NCBI RefSeq assembly: GCF_964355755.1
Contig: NC_092671.1
Coordinates: forward strand, 11,594,001 to 11,658,000
Source of the DNA: Antedon mediterranea
Lineage: Eukaryota; Animalia; Echinodermata
Length of the DNA: 64,000 nt
Direction: 5' to 3'
The translations under genes were made by a program, and so were the position numbers. Below, piece by piece: positions 13,901 to 26,700 of the stretch. The notes under the pieces are model-generated. The model worked only from the letters and a program-made list of their open reading frames with translations, searched no databases and was not told the origin of the DNA. How positions within the stretch are numbered: the first letter of the stretch is position 1; every line of letters begins with the position of its first letter.

Positions 13901-15043
13901 AACAATTTAGGCGCGGCAAACTGAATGTTACCTCGTAAGCAACGACTTCTCCTTCCGTATGTCAGGTTTTAGAACAACGCGATTGCATTCACGGTCAAGA
14001 CCAACCCCAACCAAGAGCATGGCGAACTCATGCATTATTCATTAAACCTTATTACGTAGGCGAAAGGAAAATGGCAATAATTGTTATGCACCAGTAGAAT
14101 CTTTCAGATCGTGATAAGTGATGAAGCATGTTTGGTGGTATGGTGTGCTTCTATTTTGAGGCTCACAGTATTGATTCATACCAAACAATACAAAAACAAC
14201 AATACCGTTATAATTGATGACCAGAAGGGATAGGAACAATATCGTCTCCTGACAAATAATGTTAAAAATTAAAAGAGTTGTGTAGGAACTACATATTTGA
14301 TTATTCAAAAAATACATTTGGTATATATAATAGTTAAAACAGAATCTGGTAAGTTCGTTATTAAAAATACATTTCCATGTAATCATTGCGCAACATGCAT
14401 ATTACAAATCAATATCGTATTTCAGTAATTATCCCATATTTGTTACGATAATTAGTTTTCGGAACATCCGTACGCTAACAAACCCTTTTTTAAAACTAGC
14501 CTCACTTAAAAAAAAAAAAAAAAAACAGAAACGAGCTCTTCTCCTAAACTAAATACTATAATACTATGTGGTGAATATTATAATAATCCTTTATTTTCTG
14601 TATCAATTGCATATGCATGAATTATCAAGCTTACTAATTTGGCCATGAACTCATGACATATGTGATTTGTTGCGGTAGTAATTAATTTAGTTGTTTATTC
14701 AGGGCTATTCATTTTATGAGATGACATGTCAAAAATTTCCATTACATCATTCTGATAATGTTCTGATACGTGAAATAAATTTCAAATAGACAGAGTTCGA
14801 TTCTCGGCGACACGAATTGTTTTCGCTCTCTCGGCGGCAAATTTCTAATCGTTATAATAATGAAAGTTTCGCATTAGTATATTAAAGTATCACTGCCGGT
14901 TTATTTGGAGATTTATTTATTTTTTTTCAAACAAAAATCGGGATTAAATTGACAAGCAGGGATGTTCAAATTTCAAAACCAAAAGATGATTTTGTAGCAA
15001 CAACAAAAGGTAAAAGACAATTTGAGCCAGGGAAAGACGTAGG

Positions 15044-15787
15044 CCTGTGATTCTTATTTTAAATCGGATAGTTGTATTGAGATTTAATACAAATCCAGCT
15101 TGGCAGCAGGACCAGGGAGGTATTACAATAGTATTACAGTAAAAAAATAATATAAGTTGTTATTGAACAACATTTGAATCGCGACTCTCTAACATAATTA
15201 TCGGATAAATTAGAACATTATTCGGGATTTAGTATCCGAACCGTTCTTCTTCCAATGTCACATGCGACGGATTGTCAGAATGCGATTTATCAGAATTATA
15301 ATTCTGGTCCTGTGATTCTTTTCAGATTTATTTTAAATCGGATAGTTGGATTGAGATTTAATCCAACTATCACAACTTTGAACTGTTTTATTTTAAAAAT
15401 GTGTGTTTTCTTTTCCATTGCTGTTGCAAAATTAGTAGTTTTTTAATTATAGTTTTGTAATAGCGTTGAGTCAAATTTTATGTTTTTAGTTCATAATCAA
15501 ATATGAAAAATGATTTAGTTTCAGTTTTTATTTTCCATTATTTTTGTATTCAATTTTGTAATTTGTATGGACGCGTGCCACTGTTGAAAGAGTGTTGTTC
15601 AAAATAAATAGTATATTATTATATAAGTTGTTATTGAACAACATTTGAATCGCGATCTAACATTATTATTATCGGATAACAATAGGAACATTATTTCGGG
15701 ATTTAGTATCCGAACCGTTGTTCTTCCAAATGCCACATGCGACGGATTGCCAGAATGCGATTATATCCGAATTTTAATTCTGGTCCA
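15044..15787. repeat. Diverged local direct duplications
   Basis: ~165-bp block 15150-15310 recurs at ~15620-15787; ~50-bp block 15044-15090 recurs at ~15309-15365. Confidence 0.75.
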
Positions 15788-18767
15788 TTTCGGAAAAAAC
15801 TTGAAAGTCAGTTTATTGATAACCATATTTTATTATTGTTACATCCGGCCATCTATCAGTAAATGGTAAAAATTTGATTTTATCTGTCATATTCGTTACA
15901 GCGGATGGCATGTTTGCTTGATTTTCTGCCAAATTACAATATGGTGTTTGATTGATTGATTTGATATTTGGTTGTTATCTATTTTGTAGGACTATTATTA
16001 TTATTCATTGGAGTAGTGCATTGTTGTACTTGTTTTCTTGGCAGAGAAATACATGAAAACATATATAAAACAACATTAATATATTTGGAACTCATTTATT
16101 ATTATGTATTCTGAAACCATCATCTTTCATGACCTACCAAATAAGTTTTTTGGGAAAAATGATTTTTAATAACAAAGAATGATCCCTATAATTTGCCACG
16201 TGACGAATTCAAACCTACTGTACAGTGTTATTAAATATTATTGTGTTTATGACATGGTCAATGAACGAATTTCAACAAGGGGTTTTTACAAAATTTCGTT
16301 TCGGAAGTTATACAGAAAATAGATTATCCGTACCTTTCCTCCTTTTAATTCATAAAGGTCGTGGAACCTTAGTAAACAGAGTTGTGATTTTGTATAAGGA
16401 TTTTGAATACCGACTACATACAGTACTGTAAATATTATTTTACAACTCCCTGGTACTTGTAACTACTGTATTTCTGAAATCCGTTGTCCACCTGGTGTGT
16501 ATACATAATAAAAAGATTTATAACATTGCTGTGCATTAGTGACATTTTAAAGGGATCATGTTCAATGTTTGAAAGCTTTGGCAAATTCGTATGGTGGGCC
16601 TAATACGTGTACAGGAATATTGCCTTTTCTCGGGCTTCTTCTGCTCTGGGTCATGTATTTGGAATTTGGGAACAAGCAACTGGTGAAATTTAAACCCTGG
16701 AGGTGGAATGGAATACTTTTGCTGTGGTTTAGTTAAGAGTTTCTTCCGGAAAAAGAATTTGAAATTTGCTTTTCGCAATATAGAAATTTGCATCCCTTGC
16801 ACTAGTGTATCCTGATCGTATTGACCTTTCTGAAAACACAACCAAGACAAAGACAGTATTGTTTAATTGCCTTGTTGAACACAGTGAACATGAAGCACGA
16901 ATAAAAACGATTAAATTAATATTACCTGTATACATTCGTTTCGTTTAAAAAACCCCACGTTTCTTAACGCCACAGCATGAAGGAGGTAAAGAAGAATTAT
17001 ATTGCGCAATATTTAATACAACACGATCAATAAAAGGTCTCCATTTAATCAATTCAGAATCCATTGATTTCCCATCACCAAGCGATTTAACAAACAGTAT
17101 TTAATTATACAAAACAAATACTACTAATATATACAATGATTATTTAAGAATAAATGATAAATTAAGTAGTATATGTAAAAAAGGTCATCGAGATTAATGC
17201 CATGGTCAAGTAAAAACATTAACAATAACAATAATGACCACTGGAAACGTAATCCCGCAAGCGTATTGAACAAATGGCCTTTACACGACAACTGACCGGA
17301 AAAAAATCTGTAAAAATCAATATAAAATTTCTCCGAGTTTAACCTACACTTGAGTAGGTCGTGTGTGTTTGTTCTCATCGGTAGTGTGTGAACAAAATTC
17401 CACATGTTATTGTTCGCGAGTGTCTTGTAGTGTGACGTCATACAAAAGGAACAATGTGACAAAAGGAAAACCCCGCGAAAATATATGCGGAATGAAGAAA
17501 TTCTTTAAGCAATGTTTGAGTCATAAATATCTTCATTGGAAACATGTTTTATTGTATACAGAGTAGCAGACAGTGACGGGGATTTAAGTGAGAAGACGGA
17601 GACGCTATATCGACATAAGCCTAAAATAAAAGAAATTACGGATCCGAAATTACTAATGTAACAACGAATTGTACTTAGTAAAATACGGTGCGTTGATGGA
17701 ATCCGTATACAACGATTTTACAATAACTGTTACCACACACGTACGTTTACAGAAACCATGCATAAACACTGCTGGCCACCGCCCAAAAGTGTTAACCATC
17801 AACGACATTCTTTTAACAAAAGATTTATTTCCTAATTTACTTCAATAAAAATAAAAGTACAGGTACATACTAATCTGCCAATAATGTACAATATATAATA
17901 GTATATATCTTAAGATAGAGCAATAACGAATTGGTATAATAAATAAAGTACAGTATTATATAATAAAACTGCAAGAATATATATCGGTTTAACACTAAAT
18001 AAAAGTAATTAACAATACGTACTTCTGAGAAAGCGAAAAGCGGTTTAAGCATGATCATAACCAAAAATAAGTTTGGTAAACAAGTGAATTCTTATAAAAG
18101 GAAAAAATACGAACCTTTTTATTATGGTTTTGTAATAGCTTTCAGTAAATCTCTATTTTCACAAGACCAGGCGTTGCTGCTTACGCGATGGGGTTTTTTC
18201 AGTTATGGCGATGGAAAAGAATTTGCTCATATTTTTTCTCCGTTCAACGAATGGACAGCTTTCATTACCCAGTCATAGAAGAGGTCAAATGAATATTCAT
18301 AGCAATCTGATTGACACGCTTTCGTGATGCATGATGGTTGTCACGGTGAAATAGGCATACCGAGTGAAATGTTTTCCCCACGCTTCATCGATTTTGACTT
18401 CGTCAGGAATGTTTCTATGGCTACAAAAGCTTTTTTAAATAATCGATCCATGCCATGGAGAAGAAAATAATTCGTTAATCTAGTCCGATGTTGTATTTTT
18501 GAAATATCATTTATTTGGTACCATAGTATCAGGAGCAATTAAATGTTTCCACAATAATTATTACCAAAAAGAAAAGGAATAAAAAACCAGTTTTAACTAC
18601 CGATTGGTATTGACCACGCCCAATAACACAGAACAGAATATGAACGTCACGCCCAAATTGACAATTCTTTTGTTATTAATGAAAGTAACAAGCACGAATG
18701 TGCAATACTCGGGGTACAGCGAAAGAAGCTGTATACAGACGTATACAGTTAGAAAGTAAAGAAAAAT

Positions 18768-18839
18768 AGGTTTCGCCAGGGCTCGAACCGGGAATTTCTG
18801 CGTGTTAAGCAGACTTGACAACCACTACACTACGAAACC
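18768..18839 (-). tRNA. tRNA-Val(AAC), degenerate / possibly non-functional
   Basis: Minus strand GGTTTCGTAGTGTAGTGGTTGTCAAGTCTGCTTAACACGCAGAAATTCCCGGTTCGAGCCCTGGCGAAACCT. Acceptor stem pairs, anticodon AAC, T-run downstream, but D- and T-stem mismatches. Confidence 0.7.
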
Positions 18840-19050
18840 TCTTACATTAAAAATGTGGGTTACAGAAAGTTTTTTAATCCATTTAAATTACAAATAAATG
18901 GTAATAAGCACAAAGCAAAATAAACATGTGTAAAAGTGATAATTACCGATTACACAAAATAAGTATTTTAAAAAATAATAAAAATAAAATATACTCTGTA
19001 TAATTATCATATTGCGTATACAGTACTTTTCACCATAAAGTAAAAAAAAA

Positions 19051-19115
19051 AGGTTTCGTCCGGGCTCGAACCAGGTACCTTCTGCGTGTTAAGCAAACGT
19101 GATAACCACTACGCC
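19051..19115 (-). pseudogene. tRNA-Val(AAC) pseudogene lacking the 5' acceptor strand
   Basis: GCGTAGTGGTTATCACGTTTGCTTAACACGCAGAAGGTACCTGGTTCGAGCCCGGACGAAACC followed by T10; no GGTTTCG 5' strand. Confidence 0.75.
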
Positions 19116-19189
19116 AATAATCCGCATATAACCATATAACTACATAACGCTGTGGTGTGTGTCACACATTGTGGCTTCTTAATTAAACA

Positions 19190-19485
19190 AATTAATTAAC
19201 AAAAAATTAAAAATCCGGCTCTATAGCTTTGAGGACATGTCCCTGTAGTATGTTCATGCCAAATCCCAGCTCAATACTATAACGAATAAGGGAGGAGTAG
19301 TACTTTAAAAATCGCACTTTTTACTCAATAGTGTCCAGATGGAGGAAGAGAAGGAGAAAATGAGTAAGTACTAGACTCGGGTACCCCGAGACTTTAAAAA
19401 TCGCACTTTTTACTCAATAGTGTCCAGATGGAGGAAGAGAAGGAGAAAATGAGTAAGTACTAGACTCGGGTACCCCGAGTAAAAA
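19190..19485 (+). mobile_element. Helentron/DINE-1-like non-autonomous element end with a perfect 89-bp tandem duplication
   Basis: 19302-19390 is identical to 19391-19479. Each copy ends in the hairpin CTCGGGTACCCCGAG; the last is followed by an A-run. Family assignment is inference. Confidence 0.5.
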
Positions 19486-19683
19486 TCTTGTGAATACATT
19501 ATTGTTTGGTGCAATGATTCAGTTGCTGGGATTGAATTGTTGTCTTTAGTTTGAACTTAAGTTTATAAGGGAATGTACTATAAAATTGAGTTTTAACATT
19601 TATAAAAATAATAATTAGAGCAAAAGTCCTCGTGTTCTATGAAGCTGAACTAATAGTATTTTATACACTGTAATACCTTATAC

Positions 19684-19707
19684 CATAGAGATATTAATAT
19701 CTCTATG
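19684..19707. mobile_element. P/Galileo-type transposon footprint
   Basis: Perfect 24-bp palindrome CATAGAGATATTAATATCTCTATG flanked by an exact 7-bp direct repeat CTTATAC (19677-19683, 19708-19714). Confidence 0.7.
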
Positions 19708-20340
19708 CTTATACAGCACATAACAGTAAAATACAATACTAGGCTTACTGTAGGTAAATCTTTGGAAGGTCATAGGTAAGATTACTTAATCTTAGTTGCA
19801 GGAACTACTGTATCATGTTATGTGAATACCATTTGCATTTGATCATTTGTTAGGTTTGTCATTAAAGTTAGCTTTATAGCAGATTACATCCAAAATTCTT
19901 TCAAGATTATATTAATACCACTGTTGTCATTTTAACTGTCATAATAGTGACAGTATTTAAAAGGTAGAATAAGCACACAGACAAAAAACAAATCCACAAA
20001 CACACATTCTAATTTATTTCTTTATTTTATACCAACTAAGTATAGCCCACTCCTTTTGCACACTTACAGTATAGTAGTATGTAAATTATAAATATTTTTT
20101 TTAATTTAGGCATATCTTATAATATGCTGGTAAAGATATTATCTTTAATAATTATGCTACTATGCTGGTAAAGAATATTATTTTTCCTTTAAACAATACA
20201 ATTCTGTAATTTTATAATCAATTTCATTTATTGAGTTATAATGGATAAATTAAAACACATTTAAATAATTCTAATATATTTTGTTACACAACATTTATTT
20301 TGTGATTTTTGATTAAAACAATGTAAAATTTATTTGTAAC

Positions 20341-21216
20341 TTATAGAAATATTTCAGATGGCCAGAATTTATCATCCATGTATGATACATTATTTTCTTC
20401 ATCTTTTTCCTTTTCTTGATTTTTAACTTCTTCTTCCCAATGGTTTTCAACAAGTTTATATACGTCCAGTGCTGCCCTAGCATCTGCAACTGAACAGTGC
20501 TCTCCCCCTTGAATGTCCCGGCCTAGCAAGCACCTGGCTAGACACCGTAACGAAGGTGTACATGAACTTTGACCCATGTTTGTGAACTCCTTCAGTAGTT
20601 CGTACTCGGCTGTATCCCTTATACGATGTTGAGAGTGTCGTAATTTAAGTACGGCAAAGTCGTGATGAAGACTGTGTCCAACAATAATGCTTCCATTAAG
20701 AACGTCCTTCACTTCCGTCTGAACTTGATTGAAGCAAGGCGCCCCCGCAAGATCTTTCTCACGAATGCCGCTCCATTTAGTCCTATAATCCGTAACAGGA
20801 TTTGACGGTTTAACATACTTGTCATATATAACATCACCTTTATAGTTAACTATACTGCATCTAGCTAGTGTGCTGACACACCCTTTAATACCTGTGCCAA
20901 CCATCTCACAGTCCAATGCTACTATGTCATCTTCGTGCTCATTTAACAGACAATTATTTGCATCATAGCTTTTAATGTGCGTTTTCATAAACTCCGTAAA
21001 GACTGGATATTTGTTTAAGTCATTCTTATTTGTGCACATTTTATGATTTGCATTGTTTTTCTTTACTTTATTTTGTTTTTCTTTCCATTTTAGTAATCGT
21101 TGAATTCTTCTAGGAAGTAATTTTGAACTATTCGTCTTTGATTTTTTAGCTAAATGTTCATAGTGAGCTTGGTTTGACCTTTTAATAGAGGCCTTAGTAT
21201 TCTGGAGTTCATTCAT
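20341..21216 (-). CDS. DEDDh 3'-5' exonuclease, AEN/ISG20L2 (REX4-like) family; one coding exon
   Basis: VALDCEMVG, LARCSIVNY, VTDYRTKWSGI, IVGHSLHHDF and HCSVADARAAL motifs; basic N-terminus; C-terminal YMDDKFWP resembles AEN. Splice acceptor at ~21249 implies an upstream exon, so the start could lie further 5'. Confidence 0.88.
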   Translation of the reverse strand: MNELQNTKASIKRSNQAHYEHLAKKSKTNSSKLLPRRIQRLLKWKEKQNKVKKNNANHKMCTNKNDLNKYPVFTEFMKTHIKSYDANNCLLNEHEDDIVALDCEMVGTGIKGCVSTLARCSIVNYKGDVIYDKYVKPSNPVTDYRTKWSGIREKDLAGAPCFNQVQTEVKDVLNGSIIVGHSLHHDFAVLKLRHSQHRIRDTAEYELLKEFTNMGQSSCTPSLRCLARCLLGRDIQGGEHCSVADARAALDVYKLVENHWEEEVKNQEKEKDEENNVSYMDDKFWPSEIFL

Positions 21217-22949
21217 TTTGGAACAATGTTGTGATGAAAATCATGATCTGAAAAAATAAAAAAGTTAAATTGTTAGTTTATATTAAATAGAATAATCACC
21301 AGTTTACTCCAAAAATGTGTAAAATTGTATATTATCAATTATTGCTAATGTTTTCTATTTTAACGATATCAATTAATATTTGATAAATTATAAAAATACA
21401 AGACAAATTCATAACGATAAATTTGTGAAGAGCAGTAGAGATAGTCTTCTCTGAACAAATAATAACAAACAAATAATAGTAATATTTTACATTGTTAATT
21501 CAAATTACTATAATTCAAATTACTATAAAAGGAAAATGACAACAATGAACAATAACAATCAGGCTTTGCAGCAGGTCAATAGGAAACGTGTATACAGTGA
21601 TGGAAAAGTACAGAATATCCAATTATAATGATTCATAAACTGCAGAGTAGGCAAGTCAATACTGTCTTCTATAGGTTATACTTTATATGCTGGTAGTATT
21701 GTATAATTAATTTAAGTTAATAGAACTAGGAGGATAATTGCAAAATTTCAATCATATAATTTACCAAGACAATAATTTGCATTAATTATTAACAAGTTAA
21801 AGTGTAGTAGTAATAAATACAGGTACTGTACTTTAATAATAGAGAAAATATCTATATATATATATTTCCTCCATGGTACAGTATATACATAGTTTGCTGC
21901 ATCGTGTTTGTAATTTAAACTTGTGATGGATAGGAATTATTTATAATAATTATTATTTACTGTATTTAGTACAGAGAGATATGAAAACATGTCTAATTTA
22001 CTGATGTGAAAATAGCAAATTAGATACTGTATGACCTCAAAAAGATGCCCATTTAAAACACTTTTGAGTGGGCTTTGTTTTGGGATGGACTGATTTCAAG
22101 ATTAAATATTGCAATGCAAAACTAGGCTTCTTTTCAAGGGTTTACAGTACAGTATACAATTAGTCAACATCTTATTAAGAACAAATATTTGATTTCACTG
22201 AATTTAGGCAATAAGGAATGTTAGTTTATTAAAATCTCATTTTAATTATATATATATTATATATATATATATAACTTTTAGTTTTTACGCTGTTATTTAT
22301 TTGTTTTTCTCATTTGTTTATGTGGTTGTGCAACTAAACTAATAATAAATAAATATTAATTTATAAAAAAATCTCAATTTGTGCATGGTTCACAACACTT
22401 TTTACTTATATTATAATTATATCTCTAGCTAGGTGTAATGTAATTAGCCTAGCAATTTTATATTAGTTAAAAAATATATATATTATTAATAATTATTAGG
22501 CCTAGCTAGGCCTATTAATTATAATACAGAAAAAATCATAATTAATAATACACAAAAAATACGCTTAAATTAAACCTAACTACAGTAATCAGGGGCCTAG
22601 CCTCTAGCCCTACTCTACTACTATAGTATCCGTACTAGCGAGTTTAATGGTTTATAGGCTAATATGGCCCGTCAGTGACGCGAGTCAAGATGCCGGGCGG
22701 GCTTAATTGGTCCGGCGGATGATCAATCAAGGCGAGAGAGAGAACACCCCTCCCTATCTACATATTTTTAGGCCTAGGCATAGGTACACTATAGTATAGG
22801 CTAGCTTCATTTTAAATTAGCCTACCTACTACCTAGTACTACTTAAATATTTACTAGCCTACTAGGCATATAGGCCTAGCTAGGCCTAGCCTACTCCGGA
22901 TGACAATTTAGAGAAGTGTGAGGTCATATTGGCCTAGCTTAATATTCAT

Positions 22950-23200
22950 AATAATTATATATATTAATGCATACCTACATCTATTATTGTACTAATTTAC
23001 ATCTATTTACTACACGTCCGTCAAATTTTATTTACTGAATTAGGCCTATTAAATATACGTATTTTTGTAAAAACAGATGACACGTGTTGTTATAATTGCA
23101 CAACCCCCACCACTCTGACACATTGAGGGCGTGTTGAAAGGTCGTTTGGGTTGAGGGCGTCATCAACAAAGATACAAGGTGTAGTAGAGGAGGCCAGATA
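22950..23200. promoter_or_regulatory. Probable bidirectional promoter for the AEN-like gene and HDHD2
   Basis: Genes are divergent; candidate minus-strand donor near 22975; locally CpG/GC-richer patch with CACGTG (23080-23085). Inferred, TSSs unknown. Confidence 0.4.
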
Positions 23201-23746
23201 GTCAGTAGTACTGAATGTTTATACAGTATTTATATTATATTTTGTTAATGATATTATAATCTTTTACTGTACTTTGTTAGTCTAATGTATTATATATATA
23301 TTTTATATTATCTCCACTTTAAAGCGTATGGCATTAGGTATACAGAAATATGAAGTATCATGATAAACACATTCTCTCAGACTCGGAGATGATGAACTGA
23401 CACTGACAGACAGTGACAAATTACCACCTTGCCTTTTTGCTGCTGCCTTTGCTGCTTGCTTTGGTAGCTTATTTTATTCCATGCCCTAATAAAGAATATT
23501 ATTATTATTAGGTACAGCTCCCTGATTAGGGTTCCACTCTGTCAATTGCCCCCTGTCCTTTGGTCACCCAGCCAGAGGATAAAAGACCTAAAAAAGGTTT
23601 CAAAAGACCCGGTTGCTCACTGACCGCAAAACATTACCGGCCAGTAACAAAATTTAACAATTGTTCACCCATTTTTTCCAATATCTTTTATTATTATACA
23701 ATAGACAAAAGGAATGACATCAGGTGAGGTCTATTAGTTACTAACT

Positions 23747-26700
23747 ATGACGACAAGAGTGGTAACAGGCTGTCGTTTGAAAGCAGTACTTGTTGACTTG
23801 AGCAGTACTATCCATGTTGAAGATTATGCAATACCTGGTGCAATACAAGCTATTCAACGGTATATATTTGTATCTTTTTGCCAATACCCTCTGTATATTT
23901 ACTTTTTTTTAAATTGTTCATAGGTGTTGAAATCATTCCGTTTGTTTTTGTATAATCATTGTTATGAATTGTGTCATTAGATTCAGATTTGTTTATTGAG
24001 TCAAGTCATATGCCTACATTCATGGCAGAAATACAGAACAAAAATATTAAAACATACACATTATTGTACATCGATATAGAACACAAAAATAACAAAAACA
24101 TTTTTATATACAAAAGTCCAATGACTAATTGAAATTCATTGTTGTGTAGTCAAATAATAAGTAATACATATACATTTATTAGATTACTTTTAAAATATTA
24201 TATTAAAATAATACTGTAAGATGTTTGTTTATTTCCACAACATCAGAACGGGATTGAAAAAATAGGATTTTCACCCAATGTCCTTGTAAACATTTTTAAC
24301 AAATCACAATTTTTAACTGTTCCATGATCTTAGAATATTAAATAATCTAAATTTGTTTTTAATGGAATTGAAAACAAGTTTATGTGTTGTACATTAATCT
24401 TTTTTTTTTTCAAGCACAAGAAAAAAATAATTGAAAGAGGAAAAGTTTCCTTATGTTAAAATTCATCAAATAGCATAGTGATAGTGTATTTGTGTACAGT
24501 AGCCACAGACTCTGTAGTTATTTAGCTTGGAGTCACGTTGCTAATCGATACCACATGCTAAAAATACATTTAATTAGCAAATTCCTTTGTCATAAATGTA
24601 TGGAATTGATTATAGGCAATTCTACTAAAACCACTATTCCAGGAAGTGTTAATGTAAACTATGAAACTTGTAAAAACCATGAAATATATTAATATCGTTT
24701 CCTCTTAATAATAATATTGTATATAGGTTTACTAAATAGTTAATTTATATAAGACAAAGGAGCAATTATGGTGATCAACCTAAATTAACAGAATTGTAGC
24801 TTGATTTTAACAAATTATTTTTTAAATCAATAAAAACATGGACAACATACATATAAATTGGATTTCCTTTGTAGAAAATTTTGCCCGTCCAAAGACTGGC
24901 AACGCCCATAATATATACAACTACGGTCTCAGCCAGTGGCTGCGTGTGTCATTTCTTGGAATAAAGATTATAATTATTATATTAAATTTATATGTATACT
25001 AAAAAGAGATCGTTAACTTAACCTTCTACTTGAAATATACAGTATCTAATTTATCATAAACTCTATTTATTTTACAACTGATAAGACCTACTACCAATAA
25101 TTCTCATTAAATTATAATTTAATACATATCATATAAACATATTTTACAACCTATTATTTGCATATATTAATAAAAACCTTCCTTTATAACTCTATCTGGT
25201 TGTTGAAAATAGTTGAGAGGATAAGGCAGTGTGGAACCGGGAATGGTCACCCTACCACATAATGCGAAGGCTTAGTGCATAAGCTCCTAACTTCTCAAAT
25301 CATACAAGACTATACATATTTTATATTAAGATCAATGAAACAAAGTCAATTACCAATCAACAATTTTTGTTTAAATAAAGATATTCACACTTATATTTAC
25401 TGATACCTTTCAGGCCTGGCTTACTTCATGCCTCTATCGTTTGTTTGTACAGGAGCAGCACATTTATACCCTATTCAGTGTGCAAGATGAGACAAATAAT
25501 AATGATTGCACTATCTATAGCAGATTAGTACTGTACTGTAGTAGAATAGATATAGATAAACTAGAGCGTCTCCAGCTCCAAATGGCGCGTTATATCCCAA
25601 TTAACAAGATTCATAACGCTCTTCGTATGAAATACTTCCATAGAATTATAAAGATGGAAAACTATCGATGGCCAAAAATTATGTTTATTGGAATGCTACA
25701 ACTTAATTGTGAATTTAAAGACTTAAGGTATAAGTTTCTATCTTGTATAAACTATATTCTCTTGAAGTGTAATTGTGAATCCAAAAATATTTTCACCACT
25801 CTCTCAAATTATAAAGAAGTCTACTTTCCAATTTCTGAAATCTTAAGAAAACTTAACTATATAATGATAGATGAATGGAGAATTGAATTACAAAATAAAT
25901 CAAGTCTCCACATCTATGAAACATTAAAATCAAAACCTGACTTGAAAATTACCTAATGGATAAAACTAATTTTGAAGGTGCTGCATTAAAATTTAAAGCT
26001 CGTTCAAATACTCTACCTTTGAATGATAGAACTGCAAATTGGAATATTGATAATAATAAAAAATGTAAATTATGCGGTACAAATTCGGACGAAGACATCC
26101 ATCATTTCATCCTTAATTGTCCAGCTTTAAATAATATACGTAATCAGGAATTATTTAATTTATATGTGGACATGTATAGAAATGGCAGCAAAGATATGTT
26201 TGATACTTTTTATACTTCTCATGAGAATGACAAACTTAAATATATTTTGGGATACTCAGATAATTTAATTGATGAAGAGTGTGAAAATATTTTGGATAGT
26301 TTTTGTAAAAGATACCTAAAACAAGCATGGAAATTTCAAAATGATTCACTGAATTCCATTTCGTGAATAAGCTGTGTTTATCAGTTGATTTTATTTATAC
26401 ACTTTTACTATATCTTGTTTTGTATTCATTGTGTAAAGTAATGATCTACTGTATGTATCGATGTAAATGGGGGGGGGGGGGGTAGGATAGGGGTTGATAG
26501 TTGCTTTTGCCTTTTTTTACTTTTCTGTTAATTGTTATATTTTATATTGTGAAGGATGCACCTTTGTGGTAAGTGTGCCACCGATCTAAAGGTGTAATTC
26601 CAAATAAATAAATAAATAAATATAAACAAGTTTGATTTTCATACCATTACAAACAGTAATAATTATGTTTTTCATTTATTCTAGACTGAAAGATTCATCT

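Noticed and set aside
16536-18538. Several 65-112-aa intergenic ORFs
   Set aside because: AT-biased residues, non-ATG starts in several, and no motifs or consistent exon chain.
23380-23485. Minus-strand stretch reading KQAAKAAAKRQ (histone H1-like)
   Set aside because: Preceded by an immediate stop (ATG GAA TAA) and lacks convincing splice sites.
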